A DNA stretch of 52,467 nt, from IMG/VR virus record IMGVR_UViG_3300020215_000009, positions 1-52,467 of that record; one strand, 5' to 3'. This document shows positions 33,585-42,122 of this stretch, one piece after another; position 1 is the stretch's first letter, and each line of letters begins with the position of its first letter. The notes below the pieces were generated by a model. That model saw only the letters and a program-made list of their open reading frames with translations, ran no database searches and was not told the origin of the DNA. The position numbers were made by a program, and so were the translations under genes. The DNA comes from a virus.

Positions 33585-33853
33585 AATTCGGCAACGAGCC
33601 GTTCCGCTTCCTTCGAAATCGCGCCGTACAACGATGCCGTTGCGGCCCACTTCGTAGCCAACCGCAAAACCGCCTTGCGTGAAGGCGCTGCAAAACGGTT
33701 AATTCCACCCTTGAACGAGGACCGACGAACCCGTCGGTTTGGTTTAAGGCAGACCAGCGCGAGAGAAGCGGCCAGTTCCGCCATGCACCGGGAGCGCTTA
33801 TGTTCGGCTACCCTCCCTATCGCATCTATTGAGGACTGTGCATACGAGTTCAA
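33581..33853 (-). CDS. hypothetical protein (90 aa)
   Basis: Track ORF; TTG start overlapping the MuF-like stop; only moderate third-position G/C. Confidence 0.4.
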   Translation of the reverse strand: MNSYAQSSIDAIGRVAEHKRSRCMAELAASLALVCLKPNRRVRRSSFKGGINRFAAPSRKAVLRLATKWAATASLYGAISKEAERLVAEL

Positions 33854-34482
33854 ACCTCCACCTCCTGGGATCTACGGTATTCAGCCGTACACCTGCACCG
33901 GCTGAGACACTGGCGCTCGCCTATCGCCACCATCTCACCAATCGGTCGCCAACCTGCCGCCTCTTCCTCCAAACAGCCATCGCAGGAATCATCGGTGTGA
34001 CGCACGGACCGTTCCTCGTCGTACCCGCGGATTCGCATGTCTGCGCGCGTCATCCGCTCGTTCAGCACCCGTCCGGCCTGCGCGTACAATTGCGCCCGCG
34101 CGTTCAGGCGTCCGTCGAGTTGCTGCTTGCCGGTCTCAATCTGCCGTGCGAAGCCGCGGAGCGCAACGTACTGGTCCTGCACGAAGCGGCCCACACGTCC
34201 CAGGTCCGACTCCGACATCTGCGCCCAACCGCCCTTCGAGACGGCTGCGCTGTATAGCGCGACGTTCTTGATCTCGCGCCGCATGCGGATCTCCCAGGTG
34301 ATGAGATCCATCCTACCCGACTTGAGCGCTTCTGCCAGAGCGTCGAACCTGTCGCCCGCCTTCTCAAGTGCGTCGTCCAGCCAGAGCCGCACCTGATTGC
34401 GGGGCACGAAGCGCCCGTTGCTTGCCCAGCGGTACTGTCCCGAGCGGGGATCGTACCTGAACCTGCGCGGCGGCTCAGCCAC
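33850..34482 (-). CDS. head morphogenesis protein, MuF / SPP1 gp7-like (210 aa)
   Basis: Downstream of the portal gene; C-terminal DDSCDGCLEEEAAGW...CLSRCRC resembles the MuF-type Cys motif. Confidence 0.6.
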   Translation of the reverse strand: MAEPPRRFRYDPRSGQYRWASNGRFVPRNQVRLWLDDALEKAGDRFDALAEALKSGRMDLITWEIRMRREIKNVALYSAAVSKGGWAQMSESDLGRVGRFVQDQYVALRGFARQIETGKQQLDGRLNARAQLYAQAGRVLNERMTRADMRIRGYDEERSVRHTDDSCDGCLEEEAAGWRPIGEMVAIGERQCLSRCRCTAEYRRSQEVEV

Positions 34483-34597
34483 CCTCGTCTTCCGCCTGGG
34501 CGTCCAGGAGCGTCTTGGCTACTACAGGAGCGTCCTGTCGCCACGTAGCCCGCGCTTCGTCCACGTCGGACGGGGTGATTGGCTCGGCATCACTCAT
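34475..34597 (-). CDS. small acidic protein (40 aa)
   Basis: MSDAEPITPSDVDEARATWRQDAPVVAKTLLDAQAEDEGG; ATGA overlap with 34590..34814. Confidence 0.4.
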   Translation of the reverse strand: MSDAEPITPSDVDEARATWRQDAPVVAKTLLDAQAEDEGG

Positions 34598-34814
34598 CGT
34601 TGGTTTTACCCTTATAGATCGCGGTATCGTTGATGAGCATCTCAAGCGCTTGCTCTTCGATAGCTTCCGGGTAACTCCGCACGGAGGTGGCGAAGGCGGA
34701 AAAATAGCCTTTGATCTCAAGATACGTGACCATCATCCCATGATGCTTGCAGAGCAGTTTGTAAGCCGAGACGAAGTCGGCCTTGCGGCGGTCAGTGTCA
34801 TCTACCATGCTCAT
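34590..34814 (-). CDS. hypothetical protein (74 aa)
   Basis: Track ORF; ATGA overlap with the portal stop. Confidence 0.55.
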   Translation of the reverse strand: MSMVDDTDRRKADFVSAYKLLCKHHGMMVTYLEIKGYFSAFATSVRSYPEAIEEQALEMLINDTAIYKGKTNDE

Positions 34815-36565
34815 TGGACGATGAAAGGTTCGCCGTCGCTACGTGCGAGTTTGCGCGCCCACTCTTCGGAAATCCCGACAAACATGTACGCCGCCACCGG
34901 GTCAGCGCCGCCCTGGCGCAGCATGTTCGCCCGTTCAATCTGCTTGTCCAGCGGGAGCGGCTGAGCCTCGATTCGGTCCAGCTCCCCACGGACGTTGTTC
35001 TCGCCGTTCCGGGCCAGTACCGTCTCCTTGGAGAGATATCCTTTGTCGGCAAGCTCGGCGTTCGCGCGCTGCCGGTCCGGAGAGACGGGTCCCGCCGAAG
35101 GGTGGCACTCCGCCGAATAGCGATACTCGCGCACGAACCGCGCCTCAGGTAGACCCATCAGCGTCTCACACATGCAGGCACGTACCGAGAACACCTGCGC
35201 GATTCCCGTGGACAAGGCATCCCCCACGGCGTCTATGTCGGCCTGGAAGATGGCCCTCGCCTGTTCGTATGCCTCCCCGGACAGTTCCACCGTGTGCCCG
35301 GCCAGCGTGGTGGAAATGTGACCCTGCTTGCAGTAGTGGCGGATCACCTGCATCCGCGTCACCATGTTCTTCGTGATATTCTCCGGGTCGCTCGGCTCGT
35401 GAATGTGGATCTGAGGCGTGGCCCTCGCGCGGTGTTCTATTCCCTTTTCGTCCACGTGCGTGACGTAGCTGTCACCGTAGATGTTCCGGATGATGGAAGG
35501 GGACATCTCGGCTGCGGTAGGATGGAAGTACCACGTTTTGCCGCTGGTATCGGTGAAAGTCTCGGGAGGCATCCCATCAGAAGTGACCGGCGGAGTTTCC
35601 ATCCAAAACCCGTCTCGTCGTGCATCAATTTCGGATCGCTGGGTATACCCATGCGCCAGTGCGTTGCGCCCAAGGCCAGTCGAGGCCGCGTCGAGGGCCG
35701 CCTGGTTGCGCAGCACCGGCTCTGTCAACAATGTACCGACTCTCACCTGCACGATGGGCAGGAAACCGTCCCAGCGGAAGCGTTTCGTTTCCTGTGCTTC
35801 CAGGTCGTCTCCGACGATACGCCAGACGGTATCCTCTCCTTCCGTATACCAGATCTCAGCGCGCTTCTTGTCCGAACCGCGCTCCGTGTACAGGAACACG
35901 CCCGTCTTCTGGTGAGTGTCGGGGTCAATGTGGACGAAGCACTGCGACGGATCGGGAACCGTGATCTCGATATGCCGACCCGCCGCTTCCATATTGGGCT
36001 GCTCCGGGATCACGAGCTGGACGCCGTCCTCAGTTGCCCGCTCTTTTGTGCGGGAGGCTGGATTCCAGAAGAGGCGGAAACACGCGGTGCCATCCACCGG
36101 GTTTGCGGACCCGTAGCGCACCACCTGCTTGGCGGCCTCCCAGAACGATACACTGTCCCGGTCCCACCAGTCGCCATCTTCCCGGATACGCTGCGCCGCA
36201 ATTTCTTTCTGGCGTTCGCTCGGGACCTGTCGCGCCGGCTCGCCCTCCTTGCCCGGTTCCTTCGCCTCTGGTTGCTTCGGCTCCACCCTCAAATCCGCCT
36301 GAAACCTGCACACGGCGGTCACGCGAGTTTCCACGCATGCCGCCGCTTCGGGGACGGGGATCTTCTTCTTTTCGATCTTCGCTTTCGTGGTCTCCGAGAT
36401 GACGCCTAGCGCGTCTTCGCCCGGTCCCATGTAGAAGGTGTCTATCGAGTGCTCGCCGTTCAGCATCGCCAGGTTGGACGCCAGCAGCGGGTTGGACGGC
36501 GCGAGCTTCCGCACGGTGTCCAGCGTCCACAAGGCCCGGTCAAGCGGGATATCGTCTTGTGCCAT
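34811..36565 (-). CDS. portal protein (584 aa)
   Basis: Track ORF 34811..36715 trimmed to ATG 36565 (upstream codons are AT-rich at third positions); size and position between the terminase and MuF-like genes. Confidence 0.7.
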   Translation of the reverse strand: MAQDDIPLDRALWTLDTVRKLAPSNPLLASNLAMLNGEHSIDTFYMGPGEDALGVISETTKAKIEKKKIPVPEAAACVETRVTAVCRFQADLRVEPKQPEAKEPGKEGEPARQVPSERQKEIAAQRIREDGDWWDRDSVSFWEAAKQVVRYGSANPVDGTACFRLFWNPASRTKERATEDGVQLVIPEQPNMEAAGRHIEITVPDPSQCFVHIDPDTHQKTGVFLYTERGSDKKRAEIWYTEGEDTVWRIVGDDLEAQETKRFRWDGFLPIVQVRVGTLLTEPVLRNQAALDAASTGLGRNALAHGYTQRSEIDARRDGFWMETPPVTSDGMPPETFTDTSGKTWYFHPTAAEMSPSIIRNIYGDSYVTHVDEKGIEHRARATPQIHIHEPSDPENITKNMVTRMQVIRHYCKQGHISTTLAGHTVELSGEAYEQARAIFQADIDAVGDALSTGIAQVFSVRACMCETLMGLPEARFVREYRYSAECHPSAGPVSPDRQRANAELADKGYLSKETVLARNGENNVRGELDRIEAQPLPLDKQIERANMLRQGGADPVAAYMFVGISEEWARKLARSDGEPFIVQ

Positions 36566-36761
36566 TTCTATGATTGAAGTCGCCTTGAGAGCGGCCGGTA
36601 GGGAAAGAGGAAGACCGATTAGTTCTTTTGGTACGGTAACAGAATTGTTACCGTTGGTCAATAAAAAAGAAACCGGAGCGAACCGCTTAAAAGCTACCAA
36701 ACCAGCACATAACAACTAATTAGCGGATAGACAGCCTACGTTTCTGCGACAGCGATCCGGT

Positions 36762-36869
36762 TCATTCTCCCGCCTTGTCTAGGAACTCGCAGGTGCCACA
36801 GCAGTACCCATGCAGGACCGCAGGGTTGCCGCTGGTGCACTTCTTACGCTTGCAGCGCTCTACAACCAT
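36762..36869 (-). CDS. small Cys-rich protein (35 aa)
   Basis: MVVERCKRKKCTSGNPAVLHGYCCGTCEFLDKAGE; ATG 36869 overlaps the stop of 36860..37060; high third-position G/C. Confidence 0.4.
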   Translation of the reverse strand: MVVERCKRKKCTSGNPAVLHGYCCGTCEFLDKAGE

Positions 36870-37196
36870 GGAGCAATTCCCTTCCGGAGCAGGGTGTGGG
36901 TCGTAAACGTCGCCCCCGTGGTGGGATTTGTCCACCGACACGTTGTGAGATTGTACGTCGCGTCGATTCTTCGCAGCACGTCTTGGATTTCGGGCGGGAG
37001 GCGTTGCATCTCCGCTTCCGTCCATTCCACTACGGGGTGCAGCGGGTCGTGTGCTGTCACGGTATGCCTCCTCTGCAATCCTCAGGTACTCGGAGACCGA
37101 GAACGGCGTCCCCGTGTCTCTGATCCCTCGTTCAGCGGCTCGCTTGAAAAGTTCGCGCCACTCAGCGTCCGGCCACGCTATCGAATGCCTTCCCAT
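36762..37196 (-). CDS. ORF with a coding signal only in its first ~45 codons (MGRHSIAWPDAEWRELFKRAAERG...); 3' end unresolved
   Basis: Track ORF 36762..37232. No in-frame stop before 36762, although the two genes above occupy that space in other frames. Confidence 0.3.
   Translation of the reverse strand: MGRHSIAWPDAEWRELFKRAAERGIRDTGTPFSVSEYLRIAEEAYRDSTRPAAPRSGMDGSGDATPPARNPRRAAKNRRDVQSHNVSVDKSHHGGDVYDPHPAPEGNCSMVVERCKRKKCTSGNPAVLHGYCCGTCEFLDKAGE
36860..37060 (-). CDS. hypothetical protein (66 aa)
   Basis: GTG 37060 preceded by a perfect AGGAGG (37067-37072) with a 6-nt spacer; hand count about 71 percent G/C at third positions versus about 52 percent for the overlapping frame. Confidence 0.5.
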   Translation of the reverse strand: MTAHDPLHPVVEWTEAEMQRLPPEIQDVLRRIDATYNLTTCRWTNPTTGATFTTHTLLRKGIAPWL

Positions 37197-37236
37197 GTTG
37201 TGCAACTTATATACATTACCTACCGTGCGCAACCCT

Positions 37237-38484
37237 TTAAAACGTGCTGGTCATCCGCGGCGTGAGCTGGCGAGGGTCGAAGTGCGTCGGTTTACGGAAT
37301 CGGATGAGGGGGAACAGGCTGTACCGCACGGCGTCCCATGCGTTGTTGTGCTTGTCGATCAGCGTGGGCAGCACGTCGCCGGTCTTGGGGTCCACCTTGT
37401 ACGACCAAAGCCGCGCCTCGTCTATCGTGCCCTCGCAGTCGGGGTGAATCACGATCTTCTTGTACTGGCGCAGGTGCGCAATCCCGTCTTCCACGCTACC
37501 CGGCGGCTTGGGGCATCCCACGATCTTGGGGAAGCCGTGGCGCTTCAGGTAGCTGATGGAGTCCGGCCGGGCGCTGTCGGCGCGGATGACGTAGCCTTCG
37601 CAGCCCGGCAGGCGCCGCCTCAGGAAGTCGGGCGTGTCGTCTAGCTCCAGTTCGATTTTGTACGCCTCCCTGCGAATGTACAGGGTTTCGGCGTTAACCC
37701 AGACTTCGTTGCAGGAGAACGGGTCCTGCGAGAAGCCGAAGTCCAGTCCGTAGTAGGGTCCGTCCCAATCCTCTCCCGGCTCGAAGTCGTAGGAAACCCA
37801 TATCCCGGCCAGCACCCTGGCCTGAGAGCGCTTGTTGTAGCCGCCCAGCCAGATATGCTCGTGTGCGTCCGGATCGGTGGCGAGCGAGCGCGCAGCGTCC
37901 TTCCTGGATTCTTCAGGGCAGAACGGGTTCTGCCTGTAGGTGACGTGGACGACCACGGCGTCGGGATCGCTCGCCAGGTCCGAAAACAAGGTATCTACGG
38001 GATCGGTGGGCTGGTCCGGATTCCAGCTGAACCATATCTCAGAGCCCGGCTCCCTGATCGTCGGCAGCAGCAGTTCCATGCTGCGCTTGGATAGATTCTG
38101 CGCCTCTTCCACCCAAGCCCGCCCGAATCCCTCCAATGACTTCAGGCTGTCCGCGGTGTGGTCCTGCATTCCCTCGAAGATGATGATGCCCCGCCCGCCG
38201 CGCCTGCGGATCTCCCTCTCCAAGATATTGAATTCTCCCTCGACCCCGAACTCTCGGATCTTCTTCTCGATCAACGACTTGGCCGAAAACTTGAGGCTCC
38301 GCTGCACCTCCCGGATGCAAACGGAGCGCAGGTCGGGATTGGCAACCGACTCCTCCACTAAGAGCCCGGCGAAGAACTGGCTCTTACCCGACGCCCGACC
38401 TCCCTTCGCTCCCTTATAGCGCGCCGGTGGCAGAAGCGGTTCGGCCCATTCAGGTGTCGGAATCTCAAGGTTTATCGTCCGCAC
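37237..38484 (-). CDS. terL: terminase large subunit (415 aa), PBSX/Terminase_3-like
   Basis: Walker A GAKGGRASGKS near the N-terminus; size; followed by the portal gene. Confidence 0.8.
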   Translation of the reverse strand: MRTINLEIPTPEWAEPLLPPARYKGAKGGRASGKSQFFAGLLVEESVANPDLRSVCIREVQRSLKFSAKSLIEKKIREFGVEGEFNILEREIRRRGGRGIIIFEGMQDHTADSLKSLEGFGRAWVEEAQNLSKRSMELLLPTIREPGSEIWFSWNPDQPTDPVDTLFSDLASDPDAVVVHVTYRQNPFCPEESRKDAARSLATDPDAHEHIWLGGYNKRSQARVLAGIWVSYDFEPGEDWDGPYYGLDFGFSQDPFSCNEVWVNAETLYIRREAYKIELELDDTPDFLRRRLPGCEGYVIRADSARPDSISYLKRHGFPKIVGCPKPPGSVEDGIAHLRQYKKIVIHPDCEGTIDEARLWSYKVDPKTGDVLPTLIDKHNNAWDAVRYSLFPLIRFRKPTHFDPRQLTPRMTSTF

Positions 38485-38806
38485 GAGCCTTCACGATGTA
38501 GCGTCTGGACACGATTTCGACCGGGCCCTCTCCTCCTTCGCCTGTAAGTGGCTGCGCGGCCTTTCCATACCCACGGTCAGTGACGTGCGCGATAGCGCCT
38601 AGAAACGCTTTGGCGCCCTCTTCACCGCGCAGGCAGCGCCGCAGATAGTCGTCCACCTCCTCTGCGGACGCTAGTTCTCTCATGTGACGCTTGAACTCAT
38701 CAGGCGGCCGTCCGGCGCCCTTGTTAGTGCCGCCTCTTTTAAGACGCCCCCCATTCCTGCCGGGGTTGAACGCACGGGAATCTTCACGGGGTTTCTTGGT
38801 ATCCAT
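38465..38806 (-). CDS. putative terminase small subunit (113 aa)
   Basis: Basic N-terminus; overlaps the terL start by 20 nt; position. Confidence 0.45.
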   Translation of the reverse strand: MDTKKPREDSRAFNPGRNGGRLKRGGTNKGAGRPPDEFKRHMRELASAEEVDDYLRRCLRGEEGAKAFLGAIAHVTDRGYGKAAQPLTGEGGEGPVEIVSRRYIVKARADDKP

Positions 38807-38964
38807 GTGTAGGAAGATACATCAAAGAGGGGCGGCGAGACAGCCGGGGAGTTTCAGGCGCCGATTCGTCCTGGTCGGGGAAACGGTGTGGCGCTTGCTT
38901 CGACCCGGCTTCGGGAGTGAGTCGCACCGAACGCATCCCTGCGTTTCAGGAGCGGGTCGCAGGT

Positions 38965-39050
38965 GAAGGGCGTTGCCCCGCTGGCTCCCGGCTATGCGTC
39001 TCGCCGCGTCAGCAGTGGATCAGGGTGAGTGCGAAGGGGGTTACCCCGCT
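38965..39050. repeat. Two 18-nt near-identical hairpin-forming repeats GAAGGGnGTTnCCCCGCT (38965-38982, 39033-39050) upstream of the terminase genes
   Basis: 16/18 identical, 68-nt period, in a 302-nt non-coding spacer. Confidence 0.7.
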
Positions 39051-39108
39051 ACTTCATCAGGGCAACGGCGGTACGTTCCGTCGCGGGCAGAGAACCCACC
39101 TCCCGTGG

Positions 39109-39324
39109 TCATTTCCCACGCTTCGCCCCTTCGCTCAATCGGCGGTCCACCTTGCGGACCTGCTCGGCAAGACGCCGGAGGTGAGACGCGGCGTCACGGT
39201 CGTCTTGTGCGGCCTGAATCCACAGACGTTGCTTTCCGTGTCGACGGATCAGCGCCTCGTAATGCGCGGCATCAGCTTCTAGGTCGTCTGCTTCGCGCAG
39301 TGCCCACGCTACGTCCCCGTTCAT
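39109..39324 (-). CDS. hypothetical helical protein (71 aa)
   Basis: Track ORF 39109..39369 trimmed to ATG 39324 after gaggagcaccgcagg. Confidence 0.5.
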   Translation of the reverse strand: MNGDVAWALREADDLEADAAHYEALIRRHGKQRLWIQAAQDDRDAASHLRRLAEQVRKVDRRLSEGAKRGK

Positions 39325-39494
39325 CCTGCGGTGCTCCTCAATCTGTGCCCGTAGGACTGGGAGAGTCAAGGACGGCGCTTACTTCACCAGTCGCAGGGTC
39401 GTATTCTAAGTACTCCGTTAGCCGGGGCTTCGGAGCACGACGGGCGACGGCGAGAAGCGCCGCCGCTCTGAGGTACGATTCCCAGGTGCTCACG

Positions 39495-39683
39495 TCAGAA
39501 CGCATCTACCACACTCGCGCGTCTCTGGATCTCACGAGCCGCATCCGACCACGCCCAACTCTCGCGGTTACTCATCCCGATCAGCGACCCACCGGGGGAA
39601 GCGAATATGCGCCAGGACGAATCACCGACCCTGCGGGAGAACGCCTGCGGATACTCTTTCTGAACCTTCTGCTGAGCGGTCAT
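39495..39683 (-). CDS. hypothetical protein (62 aa)
   Basis: Track ORF; protein-like composition. Confidence 0.5.
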   Translation of the reverse strand: MTAQQKVQKEYPQAFSRRVGDSSWRIFASPGGSLIGMSNRESWAWSDAAREIQRRASVVDAF

Positions 39684-39731
39684 CGTCTCACTCCTTACGA
39701 GCAGGTGCGCTTGGGTCTGCGGGCCTGGTGC

Positions 39732-39980
39732 TCACGCCGATGCCGAAGCGATGCGCCGCTGGACACGGTAGATCAATTCGTGCGCCTCAAGCCCCAGCGC
39801 GTCCGACACTTTGAGAATCGTCGGCAGGGTGGGAGAACGCTTCGTGCGCATCGCCTCATCAATCAGGCCGGGGGCTCCATCGGCTACGGCGAGCGACACA
39901 CTCCGGAGACTCCGGCGCCGCGCCTTTGCCTCTTCGATGACCGTTCCCCAAAAGACCGTCGCCACGTCTCGCTTGTCCAT
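39732..39980 (-). CDS. HTH (XRE/Cro-like) regulator of switch 2 (82 aa)
   Basis: SPTLPTILKVSDALGLEAHELI is an HTH-like second half; divergent from a strong promoter. Confidence 0.6.
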   Translation of the reverse strand: MDKRDVATVFWGTVIEEAKARRRSLRSVSLAVADGAPGLIDEAMRTKRSPTLPTILKVSDALGLEAHELIYRVQRRIASASA

Positions 39981-39986
39981 GCTCCC

Positions 39987-40015
39987 AACCTAAGGGATAG
40001 AAAGCCGCCGCGCAA
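39987..40015 (-). promoter_or_regulatory. Promoter TTGCGC-N17-TAGGTT ending 6 nt before the ATG of 39980 (leaderless-type)
   Basis: -35 = complement of 40010-40015, -10 = complement of 39987-39992, 17-nt spacer. Confidence 0.45.
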
Positions 40016-40046
40016 CCCCCTTGACAGGGAGAGATGTATCCCTTAA
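39991..40046. promoter_or_regulatory. Operator-like 9-bp inverted repeat TAAGGGATA (39991-39999) / TATCCCTTA (40038-40046) bracketing both promoters
   Basis: Exact reverse complements; each half-site overlaps a -10 box. Confidence 0.55.
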
Positions 40047-40049
40047 GTT
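40021..40049 (+). promoter_or_regulatory. Rightward promoter TTGACA-N17-TAAGTT (same hexamers as 4686-4714)
   Basis: ttgaca 40021-40026, taagtt 40044-40049, 17-nt spacer; -35 boxes of the divergent pair are 5 nt apart. Confidence 0.5.
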
Positions 40050-40095
40050 AGGGAGAGTAACAGGAACGACGCCCCAAACCATAGGAGCCCCGACG

Positions 40096-40596
40096 ATGCA
40101 AGGTCCCTGGTCCCCCATTCCCGGCGACATAGTGCGGGTGCGCTACGGCGCCCAAGCCACGCTCGCGGATAATTCCACGGTGGAAATGCGCGAGCCGGGA
40201 CCATACCGCGTGACCGGCGCCGACTACGTGGGCGCGGCGAGCGGGCGCGGGCGTGTGACGCTGGAGGGTGTCGGCACGCTGGACGAAGCGGCCTGCGAAG
40301 TCCAGAAGCCGAGCGAGGGACCGCAGGCGGAAGCCGAAGCCCTCCGTCCCTCCTGGCGCGGTGGTCCCGGCGGGTGGGAAGGCGTGCTCAAGGATCGCTC
40401 CGGCGCCGTCGTCTGGCGCTGCGGCCACCGGCACCCGAATCGTGACCTGTCCTCGCGCTACAAGAGCGCGGCGCTTTCCTGTGCGTCCAGCGAACGCCAC
40501 CGGCGGATCTTGGTAGCCCGCCACGGAGAGGAGCAGGGTCAGCGCTTCTACGAGCGCGCGCTGGAGACCGGCAAGCACGCCCTCTGCGGCCGCTGA
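40096..40596 (+). CDS. hypothetical protein (166 aa)
   Basis: Track ORF 40021..40596 trimmed to ATG 40096 after ataggagccccgacg. Confidence 0.6.
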   Translation: MQGPWSPIPGDIVRVRYGAQATLADNSTVEMREPGPYRVTGADYVGAASGRGRVTLEGVGTLDEAACEVQKPSEGPQAEAEALRPSWRGGPGGWEGVLKDRSGAVVWRCGHRHPNRDLSSRYKSAALSCASSERHRRILVARHGEEQGQRFYERALETGKHALCGR

Positions 40597-40636
40597 CTTC
40601 CCCGAACGTCGCCCACTCTGACCACGGGAGAGCACG

Positions 40637-41011
40637 ATGAGCCGGCTGACCAAGGCGCAGGAGCGCACCATCGTTTCGCTGGCGGAGCGCGGCAGGCTCC
40701 CACGTCGTTCGCAGGCCCGCACGAGGCTTGCCCTGCGCCATGCGGGTCTTCTCGACAACGATCCCGGGACCGGTGCCTACACGCTTACGGAACAAGGGCG
40801 CGCAGTCGCCGCGCGCATCTCAGGTGGGTCCGCCCGCAAAGCGAAAGCGCCTAAGGTCCATTGGGCGGTTTGGTTGGGTCGGTGGCAGGCGGCGTGCGGC
40901 GCGTCCGTTTCGGCCGCTGCCCTCACTCGGCAACTGACCTTCAACCCGATAACCTGCCACCGCTGCTTGGCGCTATTCGAGTCGGCCGACAAACCCGTAC
41001 ATCCCCGGTAA
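40637..41011 (+). CDS. hypothetical protein (124 aa), possible winged-helix N-terminus
   Basis: Track ORF; LTKAQERTIVSLAERG. Confidence 0.55.
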   Translation: MSRLTKAQERTIVSLAERGRLPRRSQARTRLALRHAGLLDNDPGTGAYTLTEQGRAVAARISGGSARKAKAPKVHWAVWLGRWQAACGASVSAAALTRQLTFNPITCHRCLALFESADKPVHPR

Positions 41012-41014
41012 ACC

Positions 41015-41221
41015 ATGAACGCTACGCTCTACACCGCCAACGAGCGCCGGAAGACCAGCACAGAGGCCGAAGTGCTGTATGACAAGGCGATAGACGCCTT
41101 AGACGAAGCGATCCGCGCCGCACGCGAGGCCGTGCGCAAGAATCCCGATTCCGCGTGGCCGCAACGGGTGTCGGAACTGCTCGCGGCTCGCCGTCCGCTC
41201 GGTGATCGCTTCATGTCCTGA
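41015..41221 (+). CDS. hypothetical helical protein (68 aa)
   Basis: Track ORF. Confidence 0.55.
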   Translation: MNATLYTANERRKTSTEAEVLYDKAIDALDEAIRAAREAVRKNPDSAWPQRVSELLAARRPLGDRFMS

Positions 41222-41256
41222 CCGCCTGACCGACGCCCTGAACCGGAGACAGAACG

Positions 41257-41442
41257 ATGCCTTGGATTGCCCCGATAATCGCAACAGTGGACTCGCTTGG
41301 TTATCTGTACTGCACGGACTGCCGTCCGGCGGATTCCGGCGAGCCGGTGCATGGAGATCAACACTTCGGCGCCGATGACAAGTGCGAGCGGTGCGGCAAG
41401 CAACTGGAGCACGTTCCGACCAGCGGCTACGTGCGCGCCTGA
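41257..41442 (+). CDS. small Cys4 protein (61 aa)
   Basis: Track ORF; CTDC...CERC. Confidence 0.55.
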   Translation: MPWIAPIIATVDSLGYLYCTDCRPADSGEPVHGDQHFGADDKCERCGKQLEHVPTSGYVRA

Positions 41443-41470
41443 CGCCTCCCCTCTGACTGGAGAACGAACG

Positions 41471-41911
41471 ATGCACGCGAGAGTCAAGGTTGATTTTGCG
41501 AACCCTGCCGGAGCGGGTTTCAAAAGTGCCGCGCGCGAGTTGCAGTCCATCGGCGTTGCGGTTTTCGCGAGCGAGGAAGACGCCAGCACGTTTGCCGGCG
41601 CCTATCACGAGCACCGTGGCCGCGCGTGCTCGGTGGAGGAGACGAAAGATCCTCGCATCGTTGCGTATCGCTGGGAAGTGCGTGCGCTGGACCTACCGTC
41701 CGGCATCCCCGAGGAGGAAAGCAAGCGGCTGGTGGCACTCTCCGATGACGAACTGGCGGCGATCCGCGCCGGACTGGTTGCGATTCTTCACGCTCGGTTC
41801 CCCGGTTCCGCGCTCTGGATTCCGCGAGTCGAAGACGTTCCGCTTCCGCTCGACGCAGGGCAGATTAACGCGCTGGGCGCCCGGCTCGGCGCTCTCTCGA
41901 AAGGACGGTGA
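41471..41911 (+). CDS. hypothetical protein (146 aa)
   Basis: Track ORF 41297..41911 trimmed to ATG 41471 after ggagaacgaacg. Confidence 0.6.
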   Translation: MHARVKVDFANPAGAGFKSAARELQSIGVAVFASEEDASTFAGAYHEHRGRACSVEETKDPRIVAYRWEVRALDLPSGIPEEESKRLVALSDDELAAIRAGLVAILHARFPGSALWIPRVEDVPLPLDAGQINALGARLGALSKGR

Positions 41912-41914
41912 AGG

Positions 41915-42106
41915 ATGAATCCCGATGCTCCGATCCTGGCAGACATTCTCGCGGCACTGGAGCGCAGGCGCGTGGTAGCGACGTGGGAAGAAGATGGCAT
42001 CCGGCACGCCATGCGGGACGGCGGCGTAGTGTTCCTGTGGATGCAGTACGCAACGCCGTCAGCATGGGTCCGGCACGTGGTCAAAGATCCGATCCCCCAA
42101 GACTGA
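41915..42106 (+). CDS. hypothetical protein (63 aa)
   Basis: Track ORF. Confidence 0.55.
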   Translation: MNPDAPILADILAALERRRVVATWEEDGIRHAMRDGGVVFLWMQYATPSAWVRHVVKDPIPQD

Positions 42107-42122
42107 GCGAGCGAGGTGAGCG

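Noticed and set aside
36633-36654. 9-bp perfect hairpin (acggtaaca/tgttaccgt) as a terminator upstream of the portal gene
   Set aside because: On the transcribed (minus) strand the T run precedes the hairpin instead of following it, and on the + strand an A run follows it. It does not have intrinsic-terminator geometry.
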